Part shown: positions 10,819 to 19,608 of the stretch, piece by piece | How the letters are laid out: each line of letters begins with the position of its first letter | How positions within the stretch are numbered: the stretch's first letter is position 1 | DNA from: Candidatus Omnitrophota bacterium | Lineage (GTDB): Bacteria > Omnitrophota > Gorgyraeia > JAGLLT01 | Direction of reading: 5' to 3' | DNA: 36,359 bases | Assembly: GCA_023140385.1 (NCBI GenBank) | Contig: JAGLLT010000020.1 | Span: 1-36,359, forward strand | The notes under the pieces: model-generated | Database searches by the model: none | What the model was told of the DNA's origin: nothing | What the model saw: only the letters and a program-made list of their open reading frames with translations | Made by a program: the position numbers and the translations under genes

Positions 10819-11558
10819 TATTGCTAAAATCACCGGCTGAAATTGATAAGATAAGGGCTTCGTGCAAGATAGTCCGTCGAACACTTGATCTTTTAAAAAG
10901 TAAAATAAAACCGGGAATAAAAACAAAGGAACTAAATATCGCGGGAGAAGAGTTCATTTATTCCCAAAAAGCCCAGCCATCATTTAAGGGTTATATGGGG
11001 TATCCCGCCGGCATCTGCGTTTCTGTAAATGAAGAGTTGGTGCATGGGATTGGTTCAGAGAGGAGACTGAAGGAGACGGATGTCGTCAGTCTGGACGTAG
11101 GAGTTGAGCTGGACGGTTTTTTTGGAGATGCGGCCGAAACCTTCGCGGTTTCCGGCAAGATAAGCGGGGAGGCCAAAAGGCTGATAGAGACAACCCGCGT
11201 TTCACTTGAGCGCGGAATAGAGCAGGCTGTTTGCGGGAAAAGATTGTTTGACATATCAGCCGCCATACAGGCATGCGTGGAAAAAGCCGGTTTTTCGGTT
11301 GTGAGGCAATTTGTCGGCCACGGTGTAGGCTTAAAGGTGCACGAAGATCCGCAAATACCAAATTACGGCAAGCCTCATACGGGGATTAAGTTGAAGGCGG
11401 GCATGGTGCTAGCCATTGAGCCCATGGTAAACGCCGGCAGTTGGGAAGTAGATATATTAGATGACGGCTGGACAGCGGTAACTAGAGACAGAAGATTGTG
11501 CGCTCACTTTGAACATACAGTGTACATAGGCGATAAAGAAGTAGAGATTTTAACTTAA
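10815..11558 (+). CDS. map: Methionine aminopeptidase type I
   Basis: [33 protein letters not shown]. Confidence 0.99.
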   Translation: MILLKSPAEIDKIRASCKIVRRTLDLLKSKIKPGIKTKELNIAGEEFIYSQKAQPSFKGYMGYPAGICVSVNEELVHGIGSERRLKETDVVSLDVGVELDGFFGDAAETFAVSGKISGEAKRLIETTRVSLERGIEQAVCGKRLFDISAAIQACVEKAGFSVVRQFVGHGVGLKVHEDPQIPNYGKPHTGIKLKAGMVLAIEPMVNAGSWEVDILDDGWTAVTRDRRLCAHFEHTVYIGDKEVEILT

Positions 11559-11572
11559 AAGGAATTTGTGAT

Positions 11573-11791
11573 ATGGCAAAAGAAGAAGCTATAGAGGTTG
11601 AGGGGAAGATACTTGAAGCCTTGCCTAATACCATGTTTCGTGTTGAGCTTGAAAATGGCCACAAAGTTTTAGCTCATATATCCGGCAAGATGCGAATGCA
11701 TTTTATCAGAATTCTTCCGGGTGACAGGGTTAAAATGGAACTTTCGCCGTATGATTTAAATAAAGGTAGAATTACCTATCGGATAAAGTAA
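11573..11791 (+). CDS. infA: Translation initiation factor IF-1
   Basis: [11 protein letters not shown]...[19 protein letters not shown]. Confidence 0.99.
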   Translation: MAKEEAIEVEGKILEALPNTMFRVELENGHKVLAHISGKMRMHFIRILPGDRVKMELSPYDLNKGRITYRIK

Positions 11792-11835
11792 GCCGGAACC
11801 GGTTTGCCGGACTTAACGTACTGGAGCGGATAATT

Positions 11836-11949
11836 ATGAAGGTAAGAGCAAGTGTTAAAAAGATATGCCCTAAGTGTAAAATAATTAAAAGAAAAGGTGT
11901 AGTCAAAGTTATTTGTTCTACGCCTAAGCATAAGCAAAAACAGGGATAA
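11836..11949 (+). CDS. rpmJ: 50S ribosomal protein L36 (zinc-ribbon type); absent from ORF track
   Basis: Hand translation: [41 protein letters not shown] upstream. Confidence 0.98.
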   Translation: MKVRASVKKICPKCKIIKRKGVVKVICSTPKHKQKQG

Positions 11950-12029
11950 AATAAAATTCAAAACGTAAAACGACTATTTATCCGGTTTAGAAGGATTGAA
12001 TTTTCGAAAAACAGTAGCGAGGAGGGAAA

Positions 12030-12404
12030 ATGCCGAGGATTTTAGGAATTGATTTACCAAAAAATAAAAAGATCAAGATAGCACTTACTTATATTTATGG
12101 TATTGGCCTTGTAAGGGCGGCCCGGGTTTTGCAAACAGCGGCTATTGAACCTGAAAAAAAGGCCGGTACTCTTACAGAAGAAGAGGTTTCTAAAATAACT
12201 TCTGTGATTCAGAAAGACCTGGTGGTTGAAGGCGAGCTCAAAAGATACGTTTCGAGTAACATCAAGAGGCTGATGGATATTGGTTCTTACAGGGGTTTAA
12301 GGCATAAGCGGGGTTTGCCTGCGCGGGGACAGCGAACGTCCAGTAATGCCCGCACACGCAAGGGCCCCAAGAGAACAGTGGGTATAAAAAGGAAAAAAAG
12401 TTAA
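12030..12404 (+). CDS. rpsM: 30S ribosomal protein S13
   Basis: [26 protein letters not shown]. Confidence 0.99.
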   Translation: MPRILGIDLPKNKKIKIALTYIYGIGLVRAARVLQTAAIEPEKKAGTLTEEEVSKITSVIQKDLVVEGELKRYVSSNIKRLMDIGSYRGLRHKRGLPARGQRTSSNARTRKGPKRTVGIKRKKS

Positions 12405-12425
12405 GTAAGGGAAAAGAGGTTTAAT

Positions 12426-12812
12426 ATGGCGAAGAAGAAAAAGGGTAAAAAGAAGATTACGAGAGTGGTTACCGAAGGTATAGCTCATATACAAGCGACT
12501 TTCAATAATACCCATGTTACGATTACTGACAGAAACGGCAATGTTTTATGTTGGTCGACAACGGGATGCGCCGGCTTTAAGGGTTCGAGAAAATCTACTC
12601 CCTTTGCCGCTCAGATGGCGGCTAAGGATGTAGCTAAAAGAGCCATGGAGTTCGGAATGAAACAGGTTGAAGTGCGTGTGAAAGGGCCCGGCTCCGGAAG
12701 AGAATCAGCTATAAGGTCATTACAGGCGGCGGGGCTAAACGTTAAAGCCATAAGGGATGTTACACCAATACCGCATAATGGCTGTCGGCCCCCCAAAAGA
12801 AGGAGAGTTTAA
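12426..12812 (+). CDS. rpsK: 30S ribosomal protein S11
   Basis: [33 protein letters not shown]. Confidence 0.99.
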   Translation: MAKKKKGKKKITRVVTEGIAHIQATFNNTHVTITDRNGNVLCWSTTGCAGFKGSRKSTPFAAQMAAKDVAKRAMEFGMKQVEVRVKGPGSGRESAIRSLQAAGLNVKAIRDVTPIPHNGCRPPKRRRV

Positions 12813-12817
12813 AGGTT

Positions 12818-13435
12818 ATGGCAAGAAACTTAACACCCCGGGGAAAGATTGTCCGCCGGTTAGGAATTAATATTTTTGGAAGCCCCAAGTATGACCGAAT
12901 ACTTGAAAAAAAGCCTTATGCCCCCGGAGAACACGGCAAAGGAAGGCGGACAAAGGTTTCTAACTACGGGATACAGCTTCAGGAGAAACAAAAGGTAAAA
13001 AAGATGTACGGTATTTTAGAAAAACAGTTTAGAAGATATTTTAGAGAGGCCGAGAGAGCAAAGGGAATAACCGGTACTATTCTTCTTCAGAAGCTGGAGC
13101 GCAGGCTGGACAACGTGGTTTTTAGAAGCTGTTTGGCTGAAACAAGAAATGCCGCCAGGCAGTTGGTGAGGCACGGCCATATAATAGTTAACGGAAGAAA
13201 AACAGATATGCCTTCTTTTTCGGTTAGCCAGAATGATACCATAGAAGTCAGGAACAAAGAGAATATAGTTAAAAAGGTAAAGGAAACTGTAAAAAAACTC
13301 GAAGGCAGGCAAATTCCTGCCTGGCTGGAAGTAAAAAGAGACAAATTGGAAGTTCAGGTAAAGACACTGCCTGAGAGGTCAGATATTCAGATTCCGATTA
13401 AGGAACAGCTGATTATTGAGTTGTATTCTAAATAA
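12818..13435 (+). CDS. rpsD: 30S ribosomal protein S4 (no N-terminal zinc cysteines)
   Basis: PGEHG, QLQEKQK, LERRLDNVV, ARQLVRHGH, IIELYSK. Confidence 0.99.
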   Translation: MARNLTPRGKIVRRLGINIFGSPKYDRILEKKPYAPGEHGKGRRTKVSNYGIQLQEKQKVKKMYGILEKQFRRYFREAERAKGITGTILLQKLERRLDNVVFRSCLAETRNAARQLVRHGHIIVNGRKTDMPSFSVSQNDTIEVRNKENIVKKVKETVKKLEGRQIPAWLEVKRDKLEVQVKTLPERSDIQIPIKEQLIIELYSK

Positions 13436-13477
13436 AGCCGGTTAGTTTTAATTAAGATATACCAGGAGGTAAATGGA

Positions 13478-14476
13478 ATGGGAGTAAGGTGGCGAGGTTT
13501 TGAGTTACCCAAGAGGTTGAAGATAGATGAAGCAACCCAAACTGATACGTATGCTAAATTTATTGCTGAACCCTTTGAACGCGGTTATGGGGTCACCATC
13601 GGCAACGCCCTGAGGCGGGTTTTGATTTCTTCCATTGAGGGCAGCGCTGTTACCTCTTTAAGGATTGAAGGCGCGCCGCATGAATATTCGAGCTTGGAAG
13701 GCGTGGTAGAGGATACAGCCGAGATTATCTTAAATATTAAAAAGATTGTTTTGAGATTGCACACCAAGAAACCTAAAATTATTCAGCTCGCGGTCTCAAA
13801 AAAAGGAGAGGTAAAGGCGGGGGATATACAAACAGATGAGACGGTGGAAATCTTAAATCCTGAGTTGGTTATTGCCACTTTAACCAAAGACAGGAAGTTT
13901 AAAATAGACCTGGAGGTGGGAAGAGGCCGGGGGTATGTCCCTTCGGAAAGAAATAAAAAAGAAAACCAACCGATAGGTTTTATCGCGGTGGACTCTGTTT
14001 TTTCACCGGTAAAAAAGATCATGTTCCATGTTGAAAATACGCGTGTCGGCCAAAGAACAGACTATGATAAGTTAATTACGGAAGTCTGGACTAACGGTAG
14101 TATCAGCCCCAAGGATGCTATGGTATATTCGGCTAATATTCTGCACCGCCATCTTGATTTGTTTGCCGCTTTCGGTGAGTTTCCGGAAGAGGATGAAGAG
14201 ATGGAGGAAGAGAAGTCTCAGCAGGAGAAAGAACTTTTAGAGAAGTTTGATAAGTCTGTTTCAGAACTTGAGTTGTCTGTTAGAAGCGCTAATTGCCTGC
14301 GGGAGGCAAAAATTCAAAGTATCGGGGATATGGTTAAAAAAACCGAAAATGATATGTTGAAGTATCGCAATTTCGGCAAGAAGTCACTAACCGAAATCAA
14401 GGAAATGCTCCAGCAGATGGGTTTACATTTTGGCATGAAGATAGAGCGGGTTGACAAAAAAGATAAAAAGGATTAA
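13478..14476 (+). CDS. rpoA: RNA polymerase alpha subunit
   Basis: EPFERGYGVTIGNALRRVL, ELELSVRSANCL, NFGKKSL. Confidence 0.99.
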   Translation: MGVRWRGFELPKRLKIDEATQTDTYAKFIAEPFERGYGVTIGNALRRVLISSIEGSAVTSLRIEGAPHEYSSLEGVVEDTAEIILNIKKIVLRLHTKKPKIIQLAVSKKGEVKAGDIQTDETVEILNPELVIATLTKDRKFKIDLEVGRGRGYVPSERNKKENQPIGFIAVDSVFSPVKKIMFHVENTRVGQRTDYDKLITEVWTNGSISPKDAMVYSANILHRHLDLFAAFGEFPEEDEEMEEEKSQQEKELLEKFDKSVSELELSVRSANCLREAKIQSIGDMVKKTENDMLKYRNFGKKSLTEIKEMLQQMGLHFGMKIERVDKKDKKD

Positions 14477-14487
14477 GGTAATTTACT

Positions 14488-15030
14488 ATGAGGCACGGAA
14501 ATGACAGACGAAAATTAGGGAGAACATCATCTCACCGCAAGGCTTTTTTAAAAAATATGGTGAGAAATTTAATAATTTATGAAAGCATCAAGACAACTTT
14601 GCCCAAAGCGAAAGAAGCCCAGAGAGCGGCGGAGAAGCTAATTACCTTAGCCGGGGAAGATACCCTCAAAAATAAAAGGGCGGTATATGATATCGTTCAG
14701 GATCACGCGTTAACCTCGAAAATCTTCAGTGAAGTCGGCCCCCGATTTAAAGAGAGGCCGGGGGGCTATACAGCCATTAAGCATCTTGGAATAAGACCGG
14801 GGGATGGGGCTCAGATGGCGATATTAAGTTTGGTAGAGTTGAAGGCCAAGGCTGTCTCTAAAGATAAAAAAAGTCTTGATAAGGAAGAGCTGAAGACAAA
14901 AGGCAAAGTTCCTCAGGAGGCTGATAAGAAGAGTAAAGAGGCCGAGCAGACGGATAAGAAAAAAGAGCAGGGATTTTTTAAGGGCTTGAGAAAGTATTTG
15001 GGTAAGGATAACCGACCCGAAGGGAATTAA
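14488..15030 (+). CDS. rplQ: 50S ribosomal protein L17 with about 60-aa C-terminal extension
   Basis: MRH...KLGRTSSHRKA, IKTTLPKAKE, RPGGYT, RPGDGA. Confidence 0.98.
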   Translation: MRHGNDRRKLGRTSSHRKAFLKNMVRNLIIYESIKTTLPKAKEAQRAAEKLITLAGEDTLKNKRAVYDIVQDHALTSKIFSEVGPRFKERPGGYTAIKHLGIRPGDGAQMAILSLVELKAKAVSKDKKSLDKEELKTKGKVPQEADKKSKEAEQTDKKKEQGFFKGLRKYLGKDNRPEGN

Positions 15031-15068
15031 GTTAGCGGAGTAGAACTGACCAAGAGGGCTTGGGTATT

Positions 15069-16022
15069 ATGAAGTTGTCTTTAACAAAAAAACGAAATGA
15101 GATGTTTTATGCCTATCTATTTCTTGTTCCCAATCTCATCGGTTTTTTAGTCTTTACCTTTTTTCCGGTTGTAGCGTCATTGCTTTTGAGTTTTATTAAA
15201 TATAGGGTCATAACTTTAAGCTGGCCGCTTGACATAGAGTTTATCGGCCTTACTCATTTCATAAAGCTGTTGGGTTTTCATAGGGAAACAGCGGGAATAG
15301 TTGCCAACGACCCTCTTTTTTGGAAGTTTCTCTGGAATACGGCTTATCTGATGTGCGGCATTCCTGCCGGTATGGCCGGTTCATTGATGCTGGCTATAGT
15401 CTTAAACAGAAAACAAAAGGGAATTGTTTTTTTCAGGACACTGTTTTTTCTGCCCTCTATGTGTCTGACAGTCGCGGTAGCTTTATTGTGGGTCTGGATA
15501 TACAATTTTGATTATGGTATATTAAACACCTTCATTAGAGGCATCGGCGACCTTTTTAACTTTAATCTTGAAGGTGTCCATTGGCTAAGCGCTGAGTGGA
15601 TTAAGCTTTCTATGATTATCGCCTGCTTTTGGACATTTTTAGGCGGCCACAACATGATACTTTATCTGGCTGCTCTACAAAATATACCCAAGGCGCTTTA
15701 TGAGGCGGCAGACATTGACGGAGCTACTAAAGCGCAGAAGTTCTGGGCGGTAACCTGGCCTATGATATCGCCTACCACCTTTTTCATCAGTATTATGAGT
15801 ATAATCGGCGGCTTTCAGGGTGGATTTATGTTTGCCTACATCTTTGCCAGAGGCGGGCCGCATCAGGCCAGTACGACTCTCATGTACTATATTTTTAATA
15901 ATTTTTTTGAATGGAATAACTTCGGTTATGCCTGCTGCATTGCCTGGTTTATGTTTGTCTTGATATTCGCAGTGACTATCTTCAACTGGCGCTTTGGCGG
16001 TAAGCTGGTGCATTATAGTTGA
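15069..16022 (+). CDS. Carbohydrate ABC transporter permease (MalF/UgpA-like)
   Basis: Multiple TM helices; EAA loop YLAALQNIPKALYEAADIDGA; ATG 15069 chosen over TTG 15060. Confidence 0.93.
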   Translation: MKLSLTKKRNEMFYAYLFLVPNLIGFLVFTFFPVVASLLLSFIKYRVITLSWPLDIEFIGLTHFIKLLGFHRETAGIVANDPLFWKFLWNTAYLMCGIPAGMAGSLMLAIVLNRKQKGIVFFRTLFFLPSMCLTVAVALLWVWIYNFDYGILNTFIRGIGDLFNFNLEGVHWLSAEWIKLSMIIACFWTFLGGHNMILYLAALQNIPKALYEAADIDGATKAQKFWAVTWPMISPTTFFISIMSIIGGFQGGFMFAYIFARGGPHQASTTLMYYIFNNFFEWNNFGYACCIAWFMFVLIFAVTIFNWRFGGKLVHYS

Positions 16023-16044
16023 TAATATTAGAAGTGAGAAAAAG

Positions 16045-17220
16045 ATGGCCCCAGAGATAGAAAAGAGACGTAAAAAAGATAAGTTCAGACAGGATTTGAT
16101 TTTCTATATCCTTCTTTCAATAACGGCCGCGTTTATGGCTGTGCCTTTTATCTGGATGATATCTACCTCACTTAAGCATCCCGATGCCGTCTTTATCTAT
16201 CCCCCCAAGTGGATACCCGACTATAACTATATTATTGAAAACGGCAAAAAGGTAACGGTTAATGTGATCGGGGAAAAGTATGAGATTGAATATTTAGAGG
16301 GCAGGCTCAAGGGGCAAAGGGGTGAAACCTTCAAAAAAATTATGGAGGTAGATTCAAAGCATTGGTGGCAGCCGTGGAAGAAAAAATATAGTGTTAATAC
16401 CTCAGAGGAGAAAAACTTTTACCAGTGGGATGAAATTAAGCTCTTAAAGGGTGAGGCCGTAGTTGAAATTGTTAAGGAGGTCGATGAGGTTTATGCGGTT
16501 GAAAAAAGAACTTTACCCATTAAGGATGTTTATACGGGGATAAAGCCCGTCTGGTCGAATTATAGAACAGTCATTGAAAAGATACCCTTTGCCAGATTTT
16601 ATTGGAATAGTATAATTGTCGCTTTCTGTGTAACTATAGGGCAGGTTTTTACCAGCGCTATGGCGGGCTATGCCTTCTCCAGGTTGAGCTTTCCCGGCCG
16701 GGACAAACTCTTCTTTGGCTATCTGGCAACAATGATGATTCCTCAAGCGGTTATCCTTGTTCCTGTTTTTATCCTGATGACCTGGCTGAACTGGATAGAC
16801 TCTTATAAAGCGTTGATAGTACCGGCTATGTTTAGCGCTTACGGCACCTTTATGCTGAGGCAGTTTTTTATGACCATCCCCGTGGACCTGGAGGATGCCG
16901 CTAAGATAGACGGCTGTAACTATATCAGAATATTCTGGAGCATTATTCTTCCCTTGAGTAAGCCGGCCCTGGCTACTTTGACTGTTTTTACCTTTATGGG
17001 CTCGTGGATGAACTTTATGTGGCCCTTAATTGTGACTAACAGGGTTGAGATGAAAACTCTTCCCGTCGGCCTGGCCTACTTTCAGGAAACAGGCTTTGGC
17101 ACGCAGTACGAACTTTTGATGGCCGGCGCCTTTATGGCCGTTATACCTTTGGTTCTCATCTTTATCTTTACTCAGAGGTTTTTCGTTGAAGGTATTAAGA
17201 TGCAGGGTATCAAAGGTTAG
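16045..17220 (+). CDS. Carbohydrate ABC transporter permease (MalG/UgpE-like) with large extracytoplasmic insertion
   Basis: PFIWMISTSLK, AGYAFSRL, FFMTIPVDLEDAAKIDG, QRFFVEG; start at ATG 16045 inferred. Confidence 0.93.
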   Translation: MAPEIEKRRKKDKFRQDLIFYILLSITAAFMAVPFIWMISTSLKHPDAVFIYPPKWIPDYNYIIENGKKVTVNVIGEKYEIEYLEGRLKGQRGETFKKIMEVDSKHWWQPWKKKYSVNTSEEKNFYQWDEIKLLKGEAVVEIVKEVDEVYAVEKRTLPIKDVYTGIKPVWSNYRTVIEKIPFARFYWNSIIVAFCVTIGQVFTSAMAGYAFSRLSFPGRDKLFFGYLATMMIPQAVILVPVFILMTWLNWIDSYKALIVPAMFSAYGTFMLRQFFMTIPVDLEDAAKIDGCNYIRIFWSIILPLSKPALATLTVFTFMGSWMNFMWPLIVTNRVEMKTLPVGLAYFQETGFGTQYELLMAGAFMAVIPLVLIFIFTQRFFVEGIKMQGIKG

Positions 17221-17274
17221 CCTTCCTCCAAAGCACCTTACATTCCCTTCGCGCGTAGATCGGGTTAATTTTGC

Positions 17275-17303
17275 TTGAATTAGCCGCCCCCATCTGATAA
17301 AAT
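17275..17303 (+). promoter_or_regulatory. Putative sigma70 promoter for tmk operon
   Basis: TTGAAT 17275-80, 17-bp spacer, extended -10 TGnTAAAAT (hexamer 17298-303). Confidence 0.6.
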
Positions 17304-17311
17304 CAAAAGAT

Positions 17312-17941
17312 ATGGAAAATAGAAAAGGAAAATTTATAACTTTTGAAGGGCCGGAAGGAAGCGGAAAAAGCACGCAAATCAGGCTTCTCGCCGAGTACCT
17401 AAGCTCCAAGGATTATAAAATTGAGCTTTTAAGAGAGCCGGGCGGTACAGAAATAGGTGAAAAGGTAAGGGCGATACTGCTTGATGTAAAATTTGACAGG
17501 ATGTCTTCTTTTTGTGAGCTTTATCTCTATCTGGCAGCTCGCGCCCAATTAATTGAAGAGAAAATCATACCTTTTTTAAATGAGGGTAAGGTTGTTTTTT
17601 GCGACAGGTTTATTGACGCTACAATAGCCTATCAGGTGTGCGGTTCGGGAGTAGCGCCTGATTTTGTAGACGGCTTTCAAAAGTTTGTGGCGGCGGGCCT
17701 TACTCCGCGTTTAACTATTCTACTGGACATAGATGTGGAGACCGGGCTTAAAAGGGCCGCTTCCTCTCATCCGCAAGACCGCCTGGAAAAAAAGGATGTT
17801 ATTTATCACCAAAGGGTAAGAGAGGGTTACCTGGAGCTTGCAAAAAAGAACCCTAAAAGAATAAAGGTTGTATCCTCGCTGGCTTCTATAGAGGACGTTC
17901 AGAAAAAGATTCGGGGGCTTATTGCCGATGTGTTTAAATGA
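17312..17941 (+). CDS. tmk: Thymidylate (dTMP) kinase
   Basis: FITFEGPEGSGKSTQ, REPGGT, CDRF. Confidence 0.98.
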   Translation: MENRKGKFITFEGPEGSGKSTQIRLLAEYLSSKDYKIELLREPGGTEIGEKVRAILLDVKFDRMSSFCELYLYLAARAQLIEEKIIPFLNEGKVVFCDRFIDATIAYQVCGSGVAPDFVDGFQKFVAAGLTPRLTILLDIDVETGLKRAASSHPQDRLEKKDVIYHQRVREGYLELAKKNPKRIKVVSSLASIEDVQKKIRGLIADVFK

Positions 17942-18797
17942 ATTTTTTGATAGAGAAAAAATACTTGGGCTTTTTAAAGATTTGACAGATAATAGAAGAC
18001 TGCCGCCCACCCTGCTCTTTACCGGAAATAGCGGGCACGGAAAGCGGGAGGCGCTTATAGATATAGCCGCGTTAATAATTTGTGAAAACGGCCGGGGGCC
18101 CGCCTGCGACTGCTCTGACTGCCGGAGAGTAAGGGGGGGGAATCACCCGGACGCAGTCTGGTTTGAACCCTGCGGCAGCCCGCCCTCCATTAAGATTGAG
18201 CAGATAAGGGAATTAAGGAGAAAGATAATCTTAAAGCCTTATGAAGCAAAGAAGAAGGTCTTTATTATCTTTCAGGCGGAAAAGATGACCGAGGGGGCTC
18301 AAAACGCGCTATTAAAAACTCTGGAGGAGCCGCCCGCGGAGTCTATGCTGCTCTTAGCCGCTCCGAATGCCGGCGGCCTGTTGGATACGATAGCTTCCAG
18401 ATGCCGAATAATTAAATTTAGAGTCCGCGAAGATCCGGCGAGTGAGCCTGAACGCCGTGAAATTATTGATGATTTTTTATCTTTGAGAGAAGAGAAGGTT
18501 GAGGAGCTTTTTGATTGTCAAAACAGGGAGCGGTTTTTGTCCGTTTTAAAGGCACTCCAGGGTTTTTATAGAGACGTCCTTTTTTTTAAGTCAGGCGCGG
18601 ATAAAAAACTTATATTAAATAAAGAGAGGCAAAGCGAAATATTTAATTTATCGGGTTTTTACACCAGCGATAGTTTGCGCGGGGCAATCGGCTTTTTGAA
18701 TGAGATGGCGAAAATGGCCAATTTTAACGTGAGTTTAAGAGTTTGTATATTGAATACAGCCGCAGGGCTTAAAAGTGTTAGAGGAGCAGAGGTTTAA
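17928..18797 (+). CDS. holB: DNA polymerase III delta-prime subunit
   Basis: GNSGHGK, zinc cysteines, NHPD, AQNALLKTLEEPP, TIASRC; follows tmk; start (ATG 17928 vs TTG 17922) uncertain. Confidence 0.93.
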   Translation: MCLNEFFDREKILGLFKDLTDNRRLPPTLLFTGNSGHGKREALIDIAALIICENGRGPACDCSDCRRVRGGNHPDAVWFEPCGSPPSIKIEQIRELRRKIILKPYEAKKKVFIIFQAEKMTEGAQNALLKTLEEPPAESMLLLAAPNAGGLLDTIASRCRIIKFRVREDPASEPERREIIDDFLSLREEKVEELFDCQNRERFLSVLKALQGFYRDVLFFKSGADKKLILNKERQSEIFNLSGFYTSDSLRGAIGFLNEMAKMANFNVSLRVCILNTAAGLKSVRGAEV

Positions 18798-18798
18798 A

Positions 18799-19608
18799 AT
18801 GCGTGAAGTTGTTCAGGTAAAAATCAGAGAAGCTGGCAAGGTTTCATATTATGATGTTAATAATCTGACACCGGTGATAGGCGGTTACGTGATTGTGGAA
18901 GCTGACAGGGGACTGGAGTATGGCCAGGTTATCTCAGAACGTGAAAAGATTGTGGATGAAGACATAGATGGTGTCTTGCGAAAGATTGCGCGGGCAGCAA
19001 CCGCTCATGATTTAAGGCAGATAAAAGAGAATGAAAAGAAGGCCTTCAGCGCCTTAAAGACAGCCTCAAAAAAGATTGAAGAACATAAGTTGGGGATGAA
19101 GCTTATAGAGGTTGAATACTCCTTTGACAGATCGAAGATCATCTTTTACTTTACGGCTGAGGGGAGAGTAGACTTTAGGCAGTTGGTTAAAGATTTAGCC
19201 GGAGTTTTTAAGGCAAGGATTGAGTTGAAGCAGATTGGAGTGAGAGATGAAGCTAAGTTCCTGGGAGGAATAGGCCCCTGCGGAAGGCCGTTATGCTGCG
19301 CCAAATTTTTAAAGAATTTTGAGCCGGTAACCATCAGGATGGCTAAAGATCAAAAGCTTCCTCTTGCTTCTTCCAAGATTTCCGGCTTGTGCGGCAGGCT
19401 GATGTGTTGTTTGAGCTTTGAATATCAGACCTACAAGGAGTTTTTAAAAGGACTGCCGAAAGCGGGACAAACTATAAGTACGCGGGCAGGTAAATGTAAG
19501 GTTGTTGATGTAGACGTGCTTAATAGATCGGTTTCTGTTGAGACTGAGGACAAGAGGATATTAAAGGTGGAGTTTAATGAAGAAGGAAAGCAAATCCAGA
19601 CGAAGTAA
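18799..19608 (+). CDS. ricT: PSP1-domain / stage 0 sporulation family Fe-S protein (YaaT/RicT)
   Basis: FYFTAEGRVDFRQLVKDLA, GPCGRPLCC, KISGLCGRLMCCL; conserved tmk-holB-yaaT order. Confidence 0.9.
   Translation: MREVVQVKIREAGKVSYYDVNNLTPVIGGYVIVEADRGLEYGQVISEREKIVDEDIDGVLRKIARAATAHDLRQIKENEKKAFSALKTASKKIEEHKLGMKLIEVEYSFDRSKIIFYFTAEGRVDFRQLVKDLAGVFKARIELKQIGVRDEAKFLGGIGPCGRPLCCAKFLKNFEPVTIRMAKDQKLPLASSKISGLCGRLMCCLSFEYQTYKEFLKGLPKAGQTISTRAGKCKVVDVDVLNRSVSVETEDKRILKVEFNEEGKQIQTK

Noticed and set aside
11792..11818. GC-rich CCGG hairpin between infA and rpmJ
   Set aside because: Short, imperfect and without a U-tract; cannot be called a terminator or regulatory RNA.
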